DNA of 63,355 nucleotides. Origin: Candidatus Xenobia bacterium. GTDB lineage: Bacteria > Vulcanimicrobiota > Xenobia > Xenobiales > QWHO01. Below, in pieces: positions 34,632-44,158 of the stretch. The stretch is from positions 1 to 63,355 of the forward strand of contig BTUM01000046.1 of NCBI GenBank assembly GCA_045863235.1, written 5' to 3'. The notes beneath the pieces were generated by a model that saw nothing but the letters and a program-made list of their open reading frames with translations, was not told where the DNA came from and did no database searches. Within the stretch, counting starts at the first letter, position 1, and each line of letters opens with the position of its first letter. A program made the translations under genes and the position numbers.

Positions 34632-35781
34632 GGCAATCTCCTGCCAGACCCATGGAGAACTCCCAGACCTGCTCGGCGGCCCTTGGCCAGGTTAAGCTCT
34701 TTGCAAATTCGCGCCCTTGCCGCCCGAGTTGCTCTGCGTGAGCCGGATTCTCAAGCAGGTACCCCAGCCGCTGGCTCAATTCCCGATGCGACTGCGGGTC
34801 TACCAGATAGCCGGTTTCACCGTCGCGCACGGCATCGACCGCCCCCCCGGACCGTCCGGCGATGACGGGGGTCTGGCAGGAGCCCGCCTCCAGGAACACG
34901 ATCCCAAACCCCTCAGTATCTCCATTCTGCAACTCTCGATTCGGGTGCACGAAAACGTCTGCCGCCTGGTAAGCGAGAACGAGTTGAGAGTCAGGTAGCT
35001 TGCCAAGCATCGTAACGTGATCTTGCAGCCCCAACTCGCGAATCATCGCATCCAGGCGAGGCCGGTCGGGACCATCCCCCACGATGACGTAACGCAGGTC
35101 AGGGTATCTGGGCAACAGCTCTCGTACGCTCTGGAGAACCGTGTCGTGTCCTTTGCGGCGCATCAAGCGTGCCACCGTCACCAACAGCGGGGATCCTGAC
35201 AATCCCAGGCGCCGTCGAGCCTCCAGCCGGTCTCCCGGCTCGAATCGTCGGGTATCTACTCCAGGCAGGACGACCAGAAGGGGTCCGGCATAGCCGAACT
35301 CATCCACCAGCAACCGGGCGGTCTGGTGGCTGCAAGCCGTGATCCCGGCAGCGGAATCGATCAATTTCTGATAGTGCGTATGCAACCATCGAGACTCTTT
35401 GGAAATGCCCAGCTCTTCGCCGTAGACATTCAGGATATAGGGTATCTTTAGCCATCGGCTGAGCGACGGAGCCAGCAGGGCCGAGCCAAACATCTGGCCG
35501 TAGTGCACCACGGTGGGTCTCCAGGCTCTGCAGGAGGCGACGGCCTGAAGCCACATCCTGGCCCAAAGAAAGGGCATCCTCACTTTGGGAACGTTGAGGT
35601 ACCAGAGTCGGTGGACCCGGACCGGGTGCGCGGCATCATACTGCCTGTCCCCAGGCGTTACGGCGGTGATGACCCTGACACATTCAGGACGCCAGTGATT
35701 ACACCAGTTGCTGATCACTACGGCACTCCCGCCGGCGTGAGGAGCGTACTTGTCGGTCACCATCAAGATGCGCCCACTCAT
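34615..35781 (-). CDS. Glycosyltransferase family 4 (PimB-like)
   Basis: KYAPHAGG, VARLMRRKG and EGFGIVFLEAG. Confidence 0.93.
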   Translation of the reverse strand: MSGRILMVTDKYAPHAGGSAVVISNWCNHWRPECVRVITAVTPGDRQYDAAHPVRVHRLWYLNVPKVRMPFLWARMWLQAVASCRAWRPTVVHYGQMFGSALLAPSLSRWLKIPYILNVYGEELGISKESRWLHTHYQKLIDSAAGITACSHQTARLLVDEFGYAGPLLVVLPGVDTRRFEPGDRLEARRRLGLSGSPLLVTVARLMRRKGHDTVLQSVRELLPRYPDLRYVIVGDGPDRPRLDAMIRELGLQDHVTMLGKLPDSQLVLAYQAADVFVHPNRELQNGDTEGFGIVFLEAGSCQTPVIAGRSGGAVDAVRDGETGYLVDPQSHRELSQRLGYLLENPAHAEQLGRQGREFAKSLTWPRAAEQVWEFSMGLAGDCREVQS

Positions 35782-36707
35782 TCGAAATGGGAATCTTTCT
35801 TTCCATTCAGGAAGTAGGACAGTCCCTGGGCGATTCCCACCAGCTTGGAGCCTAAAATCAACGGTCCAGCCAGGAGAACGACAGCGGAACGGTAGGAGAT
35901 GCCCTCACGGGCCCAGGCCAGCATCTCGTCCCAGCAGATCCGCTTCCAGGCGCGAGGGGAGTGACCGAAGTGCTTCAGCGTGAAATACCCCTCATTCCGA
36001 GCATAGGAGTAGCGCAGGTAGAACTCGTCAAAGCGCTTGAGCTCCTTGAGCCGAAGGCGAGCTGCCAGATGCAAGACCTCCGCGGCCGGCTCATAGTAGA
36101 GGCGGCCACCGTTGCGCACGAGACGAAGGCACAGATCGGGGTCCTCGCGGTGGTTGGTGGCGACATAGCCGGGATCGAATCCACCCACGTCGAGGAGACC
36201 CTCCCGGCGGAATGACATGTTACCCCCCGGCAGAATGGCCACCGGGCAGGCCCCTCCGGTGTCGCCAAAGAAATTGGCTGAAACGCGGCCACAGGCATCC
36301 ACCGCCCCGATAGGCCGCTCCGGGTCGAACTTCCAGCGCTCGTCCCGGATCAATCCTCCCACCCCAAGCGCTTCCGGGTGGCGTTGGTAGCAACTGGCGA
36401 GGGACTGGAGCCAGCCGGGCGATGCCAGGCAATCATCATCGAGGAAGACCACAACCTCTCCACAGGATTGCTGAATTCCAAAGTTTCGTGCCCGCGGCAT
36501 CTGGCCCAGTCCCCTCGGGTAGCAAAAGTGCCGAACCGGAAATGGGTAAACTCGCTCGAGCTGCTGCTTCCACTGCCGGGCAGGCTCGGAGCTATCCACC
36601 AGGATGACTTCCAGGGGCTTGAGAGTCTGCTCAGCAAGGGCATCTAGATTCAGATCGACGATGCCTGGACGATTGCGCGTGATGACGACGATGGAACAGC
36701 CTACCAT
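35778..36707 (-). CDS. Glycosyltransferase family 2
   Basis: SIVVITRNR, ARNFG, VFLDDD, GGNMSFRR and GGFD..REDPDL. Confidence 0.93.
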   Translation of the reverse strand: MVGCSIVVITRNRPGIVDLNLDALAEQTLKPLEVILVDSSEPARQWKQQLERVYPFPVRHFCYPRGLGQMPRARNFGIQQSCGEVVVFLDDDCLASPGWLQSLASCYQRHPEALGVGGLIRDERWKFDPERPIGAVDACGRVSANFFGDTGGACPVAILPGGNMSFRREGLLDVGGFDPGYVATNHREDPDLCLRLVRNGGRLYYEPAAEVLHLAARLRLKELKRFDEFYLRYSYARNEGYFTLKHFGHSPRAWKRICWDEMLAWAREGISYRSAVVLLAGPLILGSKLVGIAQGLSYFLNGKKDSHFE

Positions 36708-37042
36708 GGCCAGGCAGGTTCACGCGCTATGAAGGATTCCCTTCCCGGCGGGACGCAGACAACAGTGCGAGCGGCTCTTTCGCCTGGGTACCGGATCGTA
36801 GACCTGCCTTTCAGAGCGAGCCAACCGACCGACGGATGGAGCTCCATGCCCGGTTTTGCGATGAGCCGTCCCCAGGGAGACCTGCCGACGCCTTCCTCTC
36901 GCAGGAAGTGAAGAATCTGCTGCTGTCGCCGGCAGGTTCCTCACCGCGGGATCAGAACAGCACCCTACCGGAAAGGGGCACGGCCTCGCCCGGGACAACC
37001 CCCCACGCGCCAGAGCTTCCCAGAGAAAGGTAGATTCTTCCT

Positions 37043-37903
37043 GTGACCAGCGAGGTAATCCAGACCTGCACTCTTTGCGGGGGTCACCCCCTCAAAGAGA
37101 CCAGTCTCCCCAGCATTTTCGCTTGTCCTGATTGCACTGCCCTTCTGAATCACCGCAGCCATTCCCGCGCCGAGGAGGAGCAGATCTACCTGACCGAGTC
37201 CTTCGACACCGCTCTGGAATTGTCAAAGAACCAGGCAGAATGGTTCCGTCAAATCGTCAGCGAGGCGGCCATCGAGCCGGGCTACCTGGTTGACTTTGGC
37301 TGTGGGACCGGTGGATTTCTCTGGCAAGCCGAGCAAATTGGCTGGGAGGTGGCTGGACTTGAAATCAACCCTGAGAGCGCCCAGAAAGCCGGGGATCGAC
37401 TGGGACGACCGGTCTTCTCAGGCAGCTTCTATGATTACCCGGGCCCGACTCGGCCGGCAGACGTGGTAACCTTTTGGGATAGCCTGGACCACTTGCTCCA
37501 GCCGGACGAAGCTCTGTCACGAGCTCACTCATGGCTGCGAGCAGGCGGTGGCGTGGTCATCCGGGTGCGCAACGGGCCCTGGCACTACTGGGCGCGTCGC
37601 GTTCAGGGTGCACTTCGCAAGCTCGGGCTGCTCAGGTCGCGGCGTTACGTTGGGGTGATTCATCGCTACGGATTCACGCGCAAGAGCCTGGCCCGGTTGC
37701 TGGCCCAGGAGGGGTTCGGTGAGATTCGCTGGTATCCAGCCGACCTGACCGCAGGTGATCGCTACTTCTGGTTCCGCTCGATGACCTTGCGCCACCTACT
37801 GGTGCAGCTCTACTTCGGAGTCGCCGATTCGATCTACCGGCTCACCGGAGGCCGGTTCTACCCCTTTGCCTCGCTCCTCGTTTATGCCAAGAGGCGCGAA
37901 TGA
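37043..37903 (+). CDS. Class I SAM-dependent methyltransferase with N-terminal CxxC..CxxC
   Basis: CTLCG...CPDC, VDFGCGTG, GLEIN and DVVTFWDSLDH. Confidence 0.88.
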   Translation: MTSEVIQTCTLCGGHPLKETSLPSIFACPDCTALLNHRSHSRAEEEQIYLTESFDTALELSKNQAEWFRQIVSEAAIEPGYLVDFGCGTGGFLWQAEQIGWEVAGLEINPESAQKAGDRLGRPVFSGSFYDYPGPTRPADVVTFWDSLDHLLQPDEALSRAHSWLRAGGGVVIRVRNGPWHYWARRVQGALRKLGLLRSRRYVGVIHRYGFTRKSLARLLAQEGFGEIRWYPADLTAGDRYFWFRSMTLRHLLVQLYFGVADSIYRLTGGRFYPFASLLVYAKRRE

Positions 37904-39261
37904 AGGGGAATTCACAGGCCTGGCTGGCTCCGACAGCGCGGTCCAGAACCGGTCGGCTCGACCCGGCCTGGTTGATCACCCTGTTTGCCATCGCAATCGC
38001 GATCACTCCTGAATTCGAGTTTTTGGGAATCCCGAAAATCCGACTGACCGACTTGTTGCTCCCCGTGATTCTGGTCGTCAACATCGGGGCGCTCCGAAAC
38101 CAGCCCGCCAGGACGAAGAAAGCCAGCATCAGCCTCATCTTGATCATTGCGACCGGCCTGATCATGCAAAATCTCGCCGCCCTGCTTGCCTTTGGAGGAG
38201 CCGGTTTGTTTCCTGGGCTGTATTATCTTGGCAAGAGAGTGGCGCTCTTCCTGATCCTCTACCTCGGCTATACCGCAGTGAATGATGTCCAGTCCTGGAA
38301 TCGGGTCGTCCGCGCCCTGGTTTTTACCACCCCGCTGTTGAATCTGTCGGTCATCTGGGAACTGTCGACCAAGATCGCCCAGGGGGGCGTGCACGCGACG
38401 GGGGAGGGGATGCGGGCCTCCGGAATCATTGCCAACCAGCAGACCTCCACCGGCCTGTTCATCGTGATCTTGTTCTGTCTTGCCATCGGTATGTGGGGAG
38501 CCTATCTCGACCCGGCCTGGAGATTTGGGGTCTTGATCGCCTTCTCGTCAGGGTGCCTGGCGCTGCTGGCGACTGGGAGCCGGGGCCCGATGGCCTCGGC
38601 GGTTCTGGCGATCGTTTTGCTGGCGGCCATGAATCCTCGCCGCGGGCTCGGACTGGCCATCTTTCTGGGCTCAATCGGGGCGATCTCCTGGGTCGTAACG
38701 CCGGACGCGCTGAGGGACCGACTCGGGGGAATCGTCCCTGAAACCCGTGCAACCCTGGCGGGCCTCGCCGACCCGGAGCTGATGCCCGAGTGGGGAGGCT
38801 CATCCATCGCCGACCGCGCCATTACGGCCCACCAGGCGCTCGTATACTACATCCCCAAAGCCGGTCTGATGGGCCTGGGCGCTGGCTATCGTCCTCTGGG
38901 GGCGTGGGACAACTTCTGGCTGACCGAGTGCGTCTATCACGGCAAGGTCGGCTTGCTCGTCTTTCTGACGCTTTTTCTGGCAGCGCTCGGTCTGCTCATT
39001 CGCGAAATCCGCGCCGCCCGAGACCCCGCCGAGAAGGGCGCTGCCCAGGGCGTCACTGCGGCCTTGCTCGTGATGGCGGCAAGCGGGATTCACGCGGACT
39101 CGTTCTACCTGATCCGTCCCATGGAAGCCCTGATGCTCTTGCTTGGCCTTGTAGCAGCTCGCAGTCGAATTCGCCAGAGCTCCGGCGAATTCGCCGTTTC
39201 GGGTCCTCACAGTGCTTCCTCTCGATCAGGGCGAGGAAACGAGGCGCGGCGCTGGTCGTAA
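37900..39261 (+). CDS. O-antigen polymerase/ligase (Wzy_C) family membrane protein
   Basis: About 11 TMs, RASGIIANQ, ATGSRG, a periplasmic loop with SIADR and GLGAG..DNFWL. Confidence 0.8.
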   Translation: MKGNSQAWLAPTARSRTGRLDPAWLITLFAIAIAITPEFEFLGIPKIRLTDLLLPVILVVNIGALRNQPARTKKASISLILIIATGLIMQNLAALLAFGGAGLFPGLYYLGKRVALFLILYLGYTAVNDVQSWNRVVRALVFTTPLLNLSVIWELSTKIAQGGVHATGEGMRASGIIANQQTSTGLFIVILFCLAIGMWGAYLDPAWRFGVLIAFSSGCLALLATGSRGPMASAVLAIVLLAAMNPRRGLGLAIFLGSIGAISWVVTPDALRDRLGGIVPETRATLAGLADPELMPEWGGSSIADRAITAHQALVYYIPKAGLMGLGAGYRPLGAWDNFWLTECVYHGKVGLLVFLTLFLAALGLLIREIRAARDPAEKGAAQGVTAALLVMAASGIHADSFYLIRPMEALMLLLGLVAARSRIRQSSGEFAVSGPHSASSRSGRGNEARRWS

Positions 39262-39339
39262 GCTTAGCAACACCCCGACGGCATCGTGAGCTGACTGTAC
39301 AGGCGCAGGATTTCAACCTCGCAACGCCAACGCTGCCGA

Positions 39340-40410
39340 ATGGCCAAGGACGCTGGGTTTAGAATCTCTTGCCTGGATGGAATTCGTGCCCTGTCCGTCG
39401 GGTTAGTCGTTTACGACCATCTGTTTCTCAAGAACCATGGGGTGCCCCAGGGACTTCGAGATGCCGCCCAAACGATATTGCCGTTCACTGGTACGACGGG
39501 CGTCTGCTTCTTCTTTGTCATCAGCGGATATTTGATCACAACGTTGCTCCTTCGAGAGCGGGACCGTCGCGGCTCGATTTCATTGAGAAAATTCTATCTC
39601 CGAAGATTCCTCCGCATTTTTCCAGCCTTCTATGGCTACCTGCTGCTGGCGGGCATCCTGCAACTACACATCGACCCGGCGCCTAGCCACTTTCAGGACT
39701 TCCTGATCAGCGGCCTGTATCTCTACAATCTGTTTGGCGGTCCAACCCATCTGGTGAACCACAGCTGGAGCCTGTCCATTGAGGAGCAGTACTACCTGTT
39801 CTGGCCGGCGATACTGATCCTGATTCCGCGACGGTGGATCGCCTGGCTTCTGGGCATCGGGATCGCAGTCTGGCCGCTTCTTCGCGTCGCACGCCACGGT
39901 CTGAGTGCCCTGGGCGATCCCCGATACGCCCTTGAGGTCGCGGCTATGGATACGATCCTCTATGGCTCATTGCTGGCTCTACTTGCTCACCATCCAATAG
40001 CCGGCCCCACCTTGCGGCGCTGGTCTGGCCAAGCCTGGCCCGGCTGGGCAGCTGGGGTCCTCTTGTTTGCGGTCTATTCCTGCTACCCATCGATTCCAGT
40101 TTTCCTGGCGCCACTTGTTACCCCGCTTCGAAACGCCTGCATCGTCATACTCATCTGGTGGTGCATCAACAACTCCCACACCCTGGTCGGGCGCGTGTTG
40201 GAAACTCGCCTCATGGTCCACATCGGCGTGATCTCTTATAGCCTCTACCTCTGGCAACAGCCATTTTACGGACCGACCGCCTTAAGGCTCGAAGGCGGAG
40301 ACTGGTGCACAAGTCTCCTCCTGAACTTGTTCGGGGCTCTCACCGCCGCCCACCTGTCTTACTATTTCCTAGAGAAACCGCTTCTCGGCCTCAGGCACCG
40401 CCTCCAGTGA
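39340..40410 (+). CDS. Acyltransferase family 3 (#2)
   Basis: LDGIRAL, GVCFFFVISGYLIT, FYLRRFLRIFP, HSWSLSIEEQYY and SYSLYLWQ. Confidence 0.93.
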   Translation: MAKDAGFRISCLDGIRALSVGLVVYDHLFLKNHGVPQGLRDAAQTILPFTGTTGVCFFFVISGYLITTLLLRERDRRGSISLRKFYLRRFLRIFPAFYGYLLLAGILQLHIDPAPSHFQDFLISGLYLYNLFGGPTHLVNHSWSLSIEEQYYLFWPAILILIPRRWIAWLLGIGIAVWPLLRVARHGLSALGDPRYALEVAAMDTILYGSLLALLAHHPIAGPTLRRWSGQAWPGWAAGVLLFAVYSCYPSIPVFLAPLVTPLRNACIVILIWWCINNSHTLVGRVLETRLMVHIGVISYSLYLWQQPFYGPTALRLEGGDWCTSLLLNLFGALTAAHLSYYFLEKPLLGLRHRLQ

Positions 40411-40540
40411 GGTCTGTCCCACTTCAGTCATGTGGGAAAGACCGAACAGACTGCGAAGAGTGACCGCTCGACCAGGCGGACCGGCTGCTCGACGACCCCA
40501 CCCAGAAGGTGTGTTCGACACAATTGAAGAATCTTCAGCA

Positions 40541-40569
40541 TTGACACCCGCTCCAGCGAAAAGTATTCT
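40541..40569 (+). promoter_or_regulatory. Sigma70-type promoter
   Basis: TTGACA (40541-46), 17-nt spacer, TATTCT (40564-69). AGGAGG at 40591 precedes ATG 40599. Confidence 0.75.
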
Positions 40570-40598
40570 CAAACACAGTCCCCAGGGCACAGGAGGCC

Positions 40599-42638
40599 AT
40601 GCGCTCAAGAACGGATCAAACACGCCAGCCGGCCCCCCGATCGCAAGCTCTGCGGCTCGCGTTGCTGATCGTGCTGGCCTGCCTGGTAGGGCGCGTCGGA
40701 TTCGAGCTGGCCTACGATATCCACGATGGCGGGCGCCGGGCCGATCGCTGGTTCACCCTCACCGGTCCCCTGCTCGAGGCCTGGCGGACATCCCCCAATG
40801 CTGAGCTGCGTGCCTATGCCAGGCAAGCCCTTTCGCGTCAGCCCTATCCCAGGTCGTTGCAGTGGCTCCTCGAAGAATTGTCTACCAACCCCGAGGAGCA
40901 GTGCCAGCTCACTCGAGAAGACTGGCTCAGATACCGGCTCGACGAGCCGGGCAGCCAGCAAGCAGCCCTGCGGGCGGCACTGACCGGGGCGGTCGAGCCC
41001 GGCAGCTTCTGCTATAGCTTTCTTGCCCAGTTCAGTCAGCAGTTCCCTGCCGATTCCTGGGTCTGGCCGGAGATCGTCAAGCGAGCCGAGCAACCTGACG
41101 GGGAGGCGCTCCGGGCGCTCTTACCTTACCGTCTGCCGGACGAGCCCGTCATGGGCTCGCCCGAGTTCCGCGCAGCCGTGGCCACGGTCAATCGAGGAGG
41201 GGAAGCCGGCCCCCCCCTGGCCACGCTCACCAGACAAGAGCATGAGCACTTCCTGCGCTGGGTGGCTGTCCACCGACCAGAGCGTCTGCCAGCGCTCTTT
41301 TCGAGCGCAACCGGTCGCTGCAAGGCCATGGCGGCGATATTGCTGCTCGGGCACGAAGAAAGCCCGGTTCAGGTTCGTCCCTGGCTCGAGCAGCAGGCCA
41401 ACCGAGAGCTGTCAGCTCTGGCAGGTTACCAGTTGAGCCGCGGGCTGCTGGCCGAACTGGCCAGAGCCCTGCCCGAGAGTCGGTTCGCACGGGGGTGCAG
41501 CGATTACCTCACTTTGCGAGGCGGGGGCGACTTCAACGAGGGCTCGGACCGCCTGGACCTGCCAACCCGCAGGCGCCTGATTCAGAGCGCAGGCCGCGAC
41601 GAGAAGTGCTGGCGCAACTGGCTGGCCTGCTACCCCGGCCACCCCCAGGCAGACGAGGCTACCTACTGGCTGGCCCGAAGCCTGGAGTGGCAGGGCAAGC
41701 GCAAGCAGGCCTTTGCACTGGTGATGCGCCAGCTGGTGACTCCGGTTGGCGACGCCAGCAATCAGGACGATTTTCGCTCCCGATTGCTCTGGATGCTCGA
41801 CGTGGGGCTCACGGCCGGTGAGCTGGCCGACTTCGTGGGCAAGAATCCCCGCTCGCCGCTGACTCCGCTGGCCAGCTACGCCCTCTCGGTGCGGGCTGCG
41901 CGTCAGCATCAGTATGCTCGAGCCCTGAACCTGTCTCAGCGACTGTCGCTGGACAGAGCCTACCGGCTGGCCTTCGGAGCCGACTGGCGACCCTCTTTCA
42001 AAGAGGTCGAGCTTCGAAGCCTCGCGCTCAGCCTGAGCCGCCAGCGTCAGCATTGGCAGTCCATGCTGGGCGCCCGGCGTGAGCAGCTGGCCTCCCGGTG
42101 GAGCCGGGAGGACGGTTGGCAACTGGGCTACCTGTTTCTCTACTCAGGCGATCGCAAGGAAGCAATGGCCAGCGGAGACAACTACGTTGACAGCCTGGCC
42201 GTGCTCCCCTGCGGCCGGCCCGACGCCGAGCTGATTCGCAGGCATTATCAACAGGCTAGCAGCCAGGCCGTTGCTCTGGCGCTACTGCGGAAACTGCCCC
42301 AGAACGAGCACGTGATGTTTACGCAAATCCGGCTCCTGCACGAGCAGAGGAGGCGCGGTCAGCACGAGTCGCTGGCCATGGCCCCGCTGCAGGGACTGCC
42401 CGACCCGGAAGGCGAGCCTTATTACGCCTTCCAGATCGAGTGTTTGACGCGTCAACTCGAGGAGGAGCATCCCGAAAGCCACTATTGCGATGACGCCTTG
42501 ATGCTCTGCTACCAGGCCAGCTCCAATCGGGCCTTTCTCGACGAGATTCGTGTTTTCTATCCGGACGGCGATCAGGTGTTGCTGTTGCCGGAAGAATCGG
42601 CCCAGGTGCGCGCCGAGCGTCAGCTCTCAGAGCTTTAG
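40599..42638 (+). CDS. Membrane-anchored alpha-helical hypothetical protein with TPR-like motifs
   Basis: N-terminal TM. YPGHPQADEATYWLA and HPESHYCDDAL resemble TPR motifs. Has its own promoter and SD. Confidence 0.7.
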   Translation: MRSRTDQTRQPAPRSQALRLALLIVLACLVGRVGFELAYDIHDGGRRADRWFTLTGPLLEAWRTSPNAELRAYARQALSRQPYPRSLQWLLEELSTNPEEQCQLTREDWLRYRLDEPGSQQAALRAALTGAVEPGSFCYSFLAQFSQQFPADSWVWPEIVKRAEQPDGEALRALLPYRLPDEPVMGSPEFRAAVATVNRGGEAGPPLATLTRQEHEHFLRWVAVHRPERLPALFSSATGRCKAMAAILLLGHEESPVQVRPWLEQQANRELSALAGYQLSRGLLAELARALPESRFARGCSDYLTLRGGGDFNEGSDRLDLPTRRRLIQSAGRDEKCWRNWLACYPGHPQADEATYWLARSLEWQGKRKQAFALVMRQLVTPVGDASNQDDFRSRLLWMLDVGLTAGELADFVGKNPRSPLTPLASYALSVRAARQHQYARALNLSQRLSLDRAYRLAFGADWRPSFKEVELRSLALSLSRQRQHWQSMLGARREQLASRWSREDGWQLGYLFLYSGDRKEAMASGDNYVDSLAVLPCGRPDAELIRRHYQQASSQAVALALLRKLPQNEHVMFTQIRLLHEQRRRGQHESLAMAPLQGLPDPEGEPYYAFQIECLTRQLEEEHPESHYCDDALMLCYQASSNRAFLDEIRVFYPDGDQVLLLPEESAQVRAERQLSEL

Positions 42639-43441
42639 AGCTTTCGCGCCACGATCTCCGTCAGCACGGGCGAGTAGAACAGGGCCAGCGGGTCGGCCGC
42701 TCGCAAGCGCCAATCATGCTCGAAGGCGTCCTGCTCGGCAGGGGTGAGCAGGCCCCGCTCCACCAGCAGTGGCACATAGTTGAAGAAGAACCCCTCGGGC
42801 CACTGCCAGAACTCGGTCTTTGGGCCGCCAGCGCGCACCACCGGCTCGAGGTGCTCCACCCTGAGTCCCGAGTCTTCCAGCATGGCCGGCAGGCGACAGG
42901 CGATGTCGGGGTCGCCGCCGCGCTGGCGGAAGCTGTGGGCCACGGCCTCCACCACGCGCTCGAAGGCGCGGCTGCGGGGGGCCAGGCGCATGGCCTCGTA
43001 GTTGGCATACTCCTGAATAACGAAAGCGCCGCCCGGCTTGAGGGCGCGGGCCACGGCGGCCACCACCTTCTCGGGCTCAGGCACGAAGCACATCACCCAG
43101 CGCTCGAAAGCCCCGTCCAGGCTGGCCGCATCCAGCTCGAGCCGCTGGGCGTCCCCCACCCAGGCCTCGACGCGGGACTGCTCGGCCAACCGGGGCTGGG
43201 CCTGCAGATGCTCGATGTAGCGCTCCGAGGCGTCCACGGCCAGCACCTCGCCGCTGCTGGTCGCCAGGCGCGCAAGGTCGAGCGTGACGTAGCCCGGGCC
43301 GCAGCCCACGTCGAGCAACCGCTGGCCCTGGCCCAAGCCGGCCCGCTCGAAAAGAGCCAGAGCGCGGGCGCGCCAGACCTGAGCTTGAAAGCCGAGCCGC
43401 TGCAGCTCGGCGTCGTGGGTTCCGAGAACGTAGGTGGACAT
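42635..43441 (-). CDS. Class I SAM-dependent methyltransferase
   Basis: YVLG...ELQRL, LDVGCGPG, AVD, GDA and LKPGG. ATG 43441 is preferred. Confidence 0.9.
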   Translation of the reverse strand: MSTYVLGTHDAELQRLGFQAQVWRARALALFERAGLGQGQRLLDVGCGPGYVTLDLARLATSSGEVLAVDASERYIEHLQAQPRLAEQSRVEAWVGDAQRLELDAASLDGAFERWVMCFVPEPEKVVAAVARALKPGGAFVIQEYANYEAMRLAPRSRAFERVVEAVAHSFRQRGGDPDIACRLPAMLEDSGLRVEHLEPVVRAGGPKTEFWQWPEGFFFNYVPLLVERGLLTPAEQDAFEHDWRLRAADPLALFYSPVLTEIVARKL

Positions 43442-43576
43442 GGTATCTGGCTTTCGTCGGGGGAGCGGGGCGGCCTGCCGTTTGGGGCATCGCGCGGCAC
43501 TTTCGAGGGGCGCGAAACTCACCGTGAGAAGAGAGCCTCCCAGGAAGGATGCAGCCGGACACGGAAAACTCTACTC

Positions 43577-44158
43577 ATGAGCCTGTTGCACGTACGGACC
43601 CGGCCCATCACGGTCGAAGAGTTCAACCTGATGGCCGAAAAAGGCATCCTGGCGCCAGACGAGCGGGTGGAGCTAATCGAAGGAGCCATCGTCCCCTTGA
43701 GTCCTCAGAACAAGCCGCACAGCGATGCCATCAGTTGGACGAACAACCTCCTGGTTGAGCTCTTCGGCAAGACTCATCTCGTCCGCGTCCAGCTGCCCCT
43801 GGACCTGAGCCCCTACTCCGAGCCTGAGCCAGACTTTGCTGTCGTCCTCAAGGAGTGCCTGGCGAAGGTCAAGCGTCATCCCACCGGTGCCGACCTCATC
43901 ATCGAGGTGGCCCAGACGTCGCTTGCCTACGACCGCTATGAGAAGGCCAGCCTTTATGCGCGCTTCGGCATTCCCGACTACTGGGTGCTGAACACGGTCG
44001 ACGGCTGCCTGGAGGTGCACCGGGCCCCCAAAGTGGACGCGGCCGCCCCCTTCGGCTACAGCTACGCCGAGCGGCAGGTCTATCTGCCCGATCAGACCGT
44101 GGCGCCCTGCGCCCTTCCCCCGCATCCTATTCAGGTGAGCAAACTGACCGGTCCCTGA
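43577..44158 (+). CDS. Uma2 (DUF820) family endonuclease-like protein
   Basis: ITVEEF..M, RVELIEG, SEPEPD, LIIEVA, DRYEKASLYA.GIPDYWV. The long N-terminal extension in the ORF track is antisense shadow. Confidence 0.92.
   Translation: MSLLHVRTRPITVEEFNLMAEKGILAPDERVELIEGAIVPLSPQNKPHSDAISWTNNLLVELFGKTHLVRVQLPLDLSPYSEPEPDFAVVLKECLAKVKRHPTGADLIIEVAQTSLAYDRYEKASLYARFGIPDYWVLNTVDGCLEVHRAPKVDAAAPFGYSYAERQVYLPDQTVAPCALPPHPIQVSKLTGP

Noticed and set aside
36860..36890. Cobalamin riboswitch (GGAGACCTGCC resembles a B12 box)
   Set aside because: The upstream core motifs are absent and the flanking genes are not B12-related. The ACCTGCC/GGCAGGT copies are probably incidental.
42716..43576. Apparent N-terminal fusion to Uma2 (480-aa ORF)
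   Set aside because: The extension is antisense to the methyltransferase. Uma2 begins at ATG 43577.
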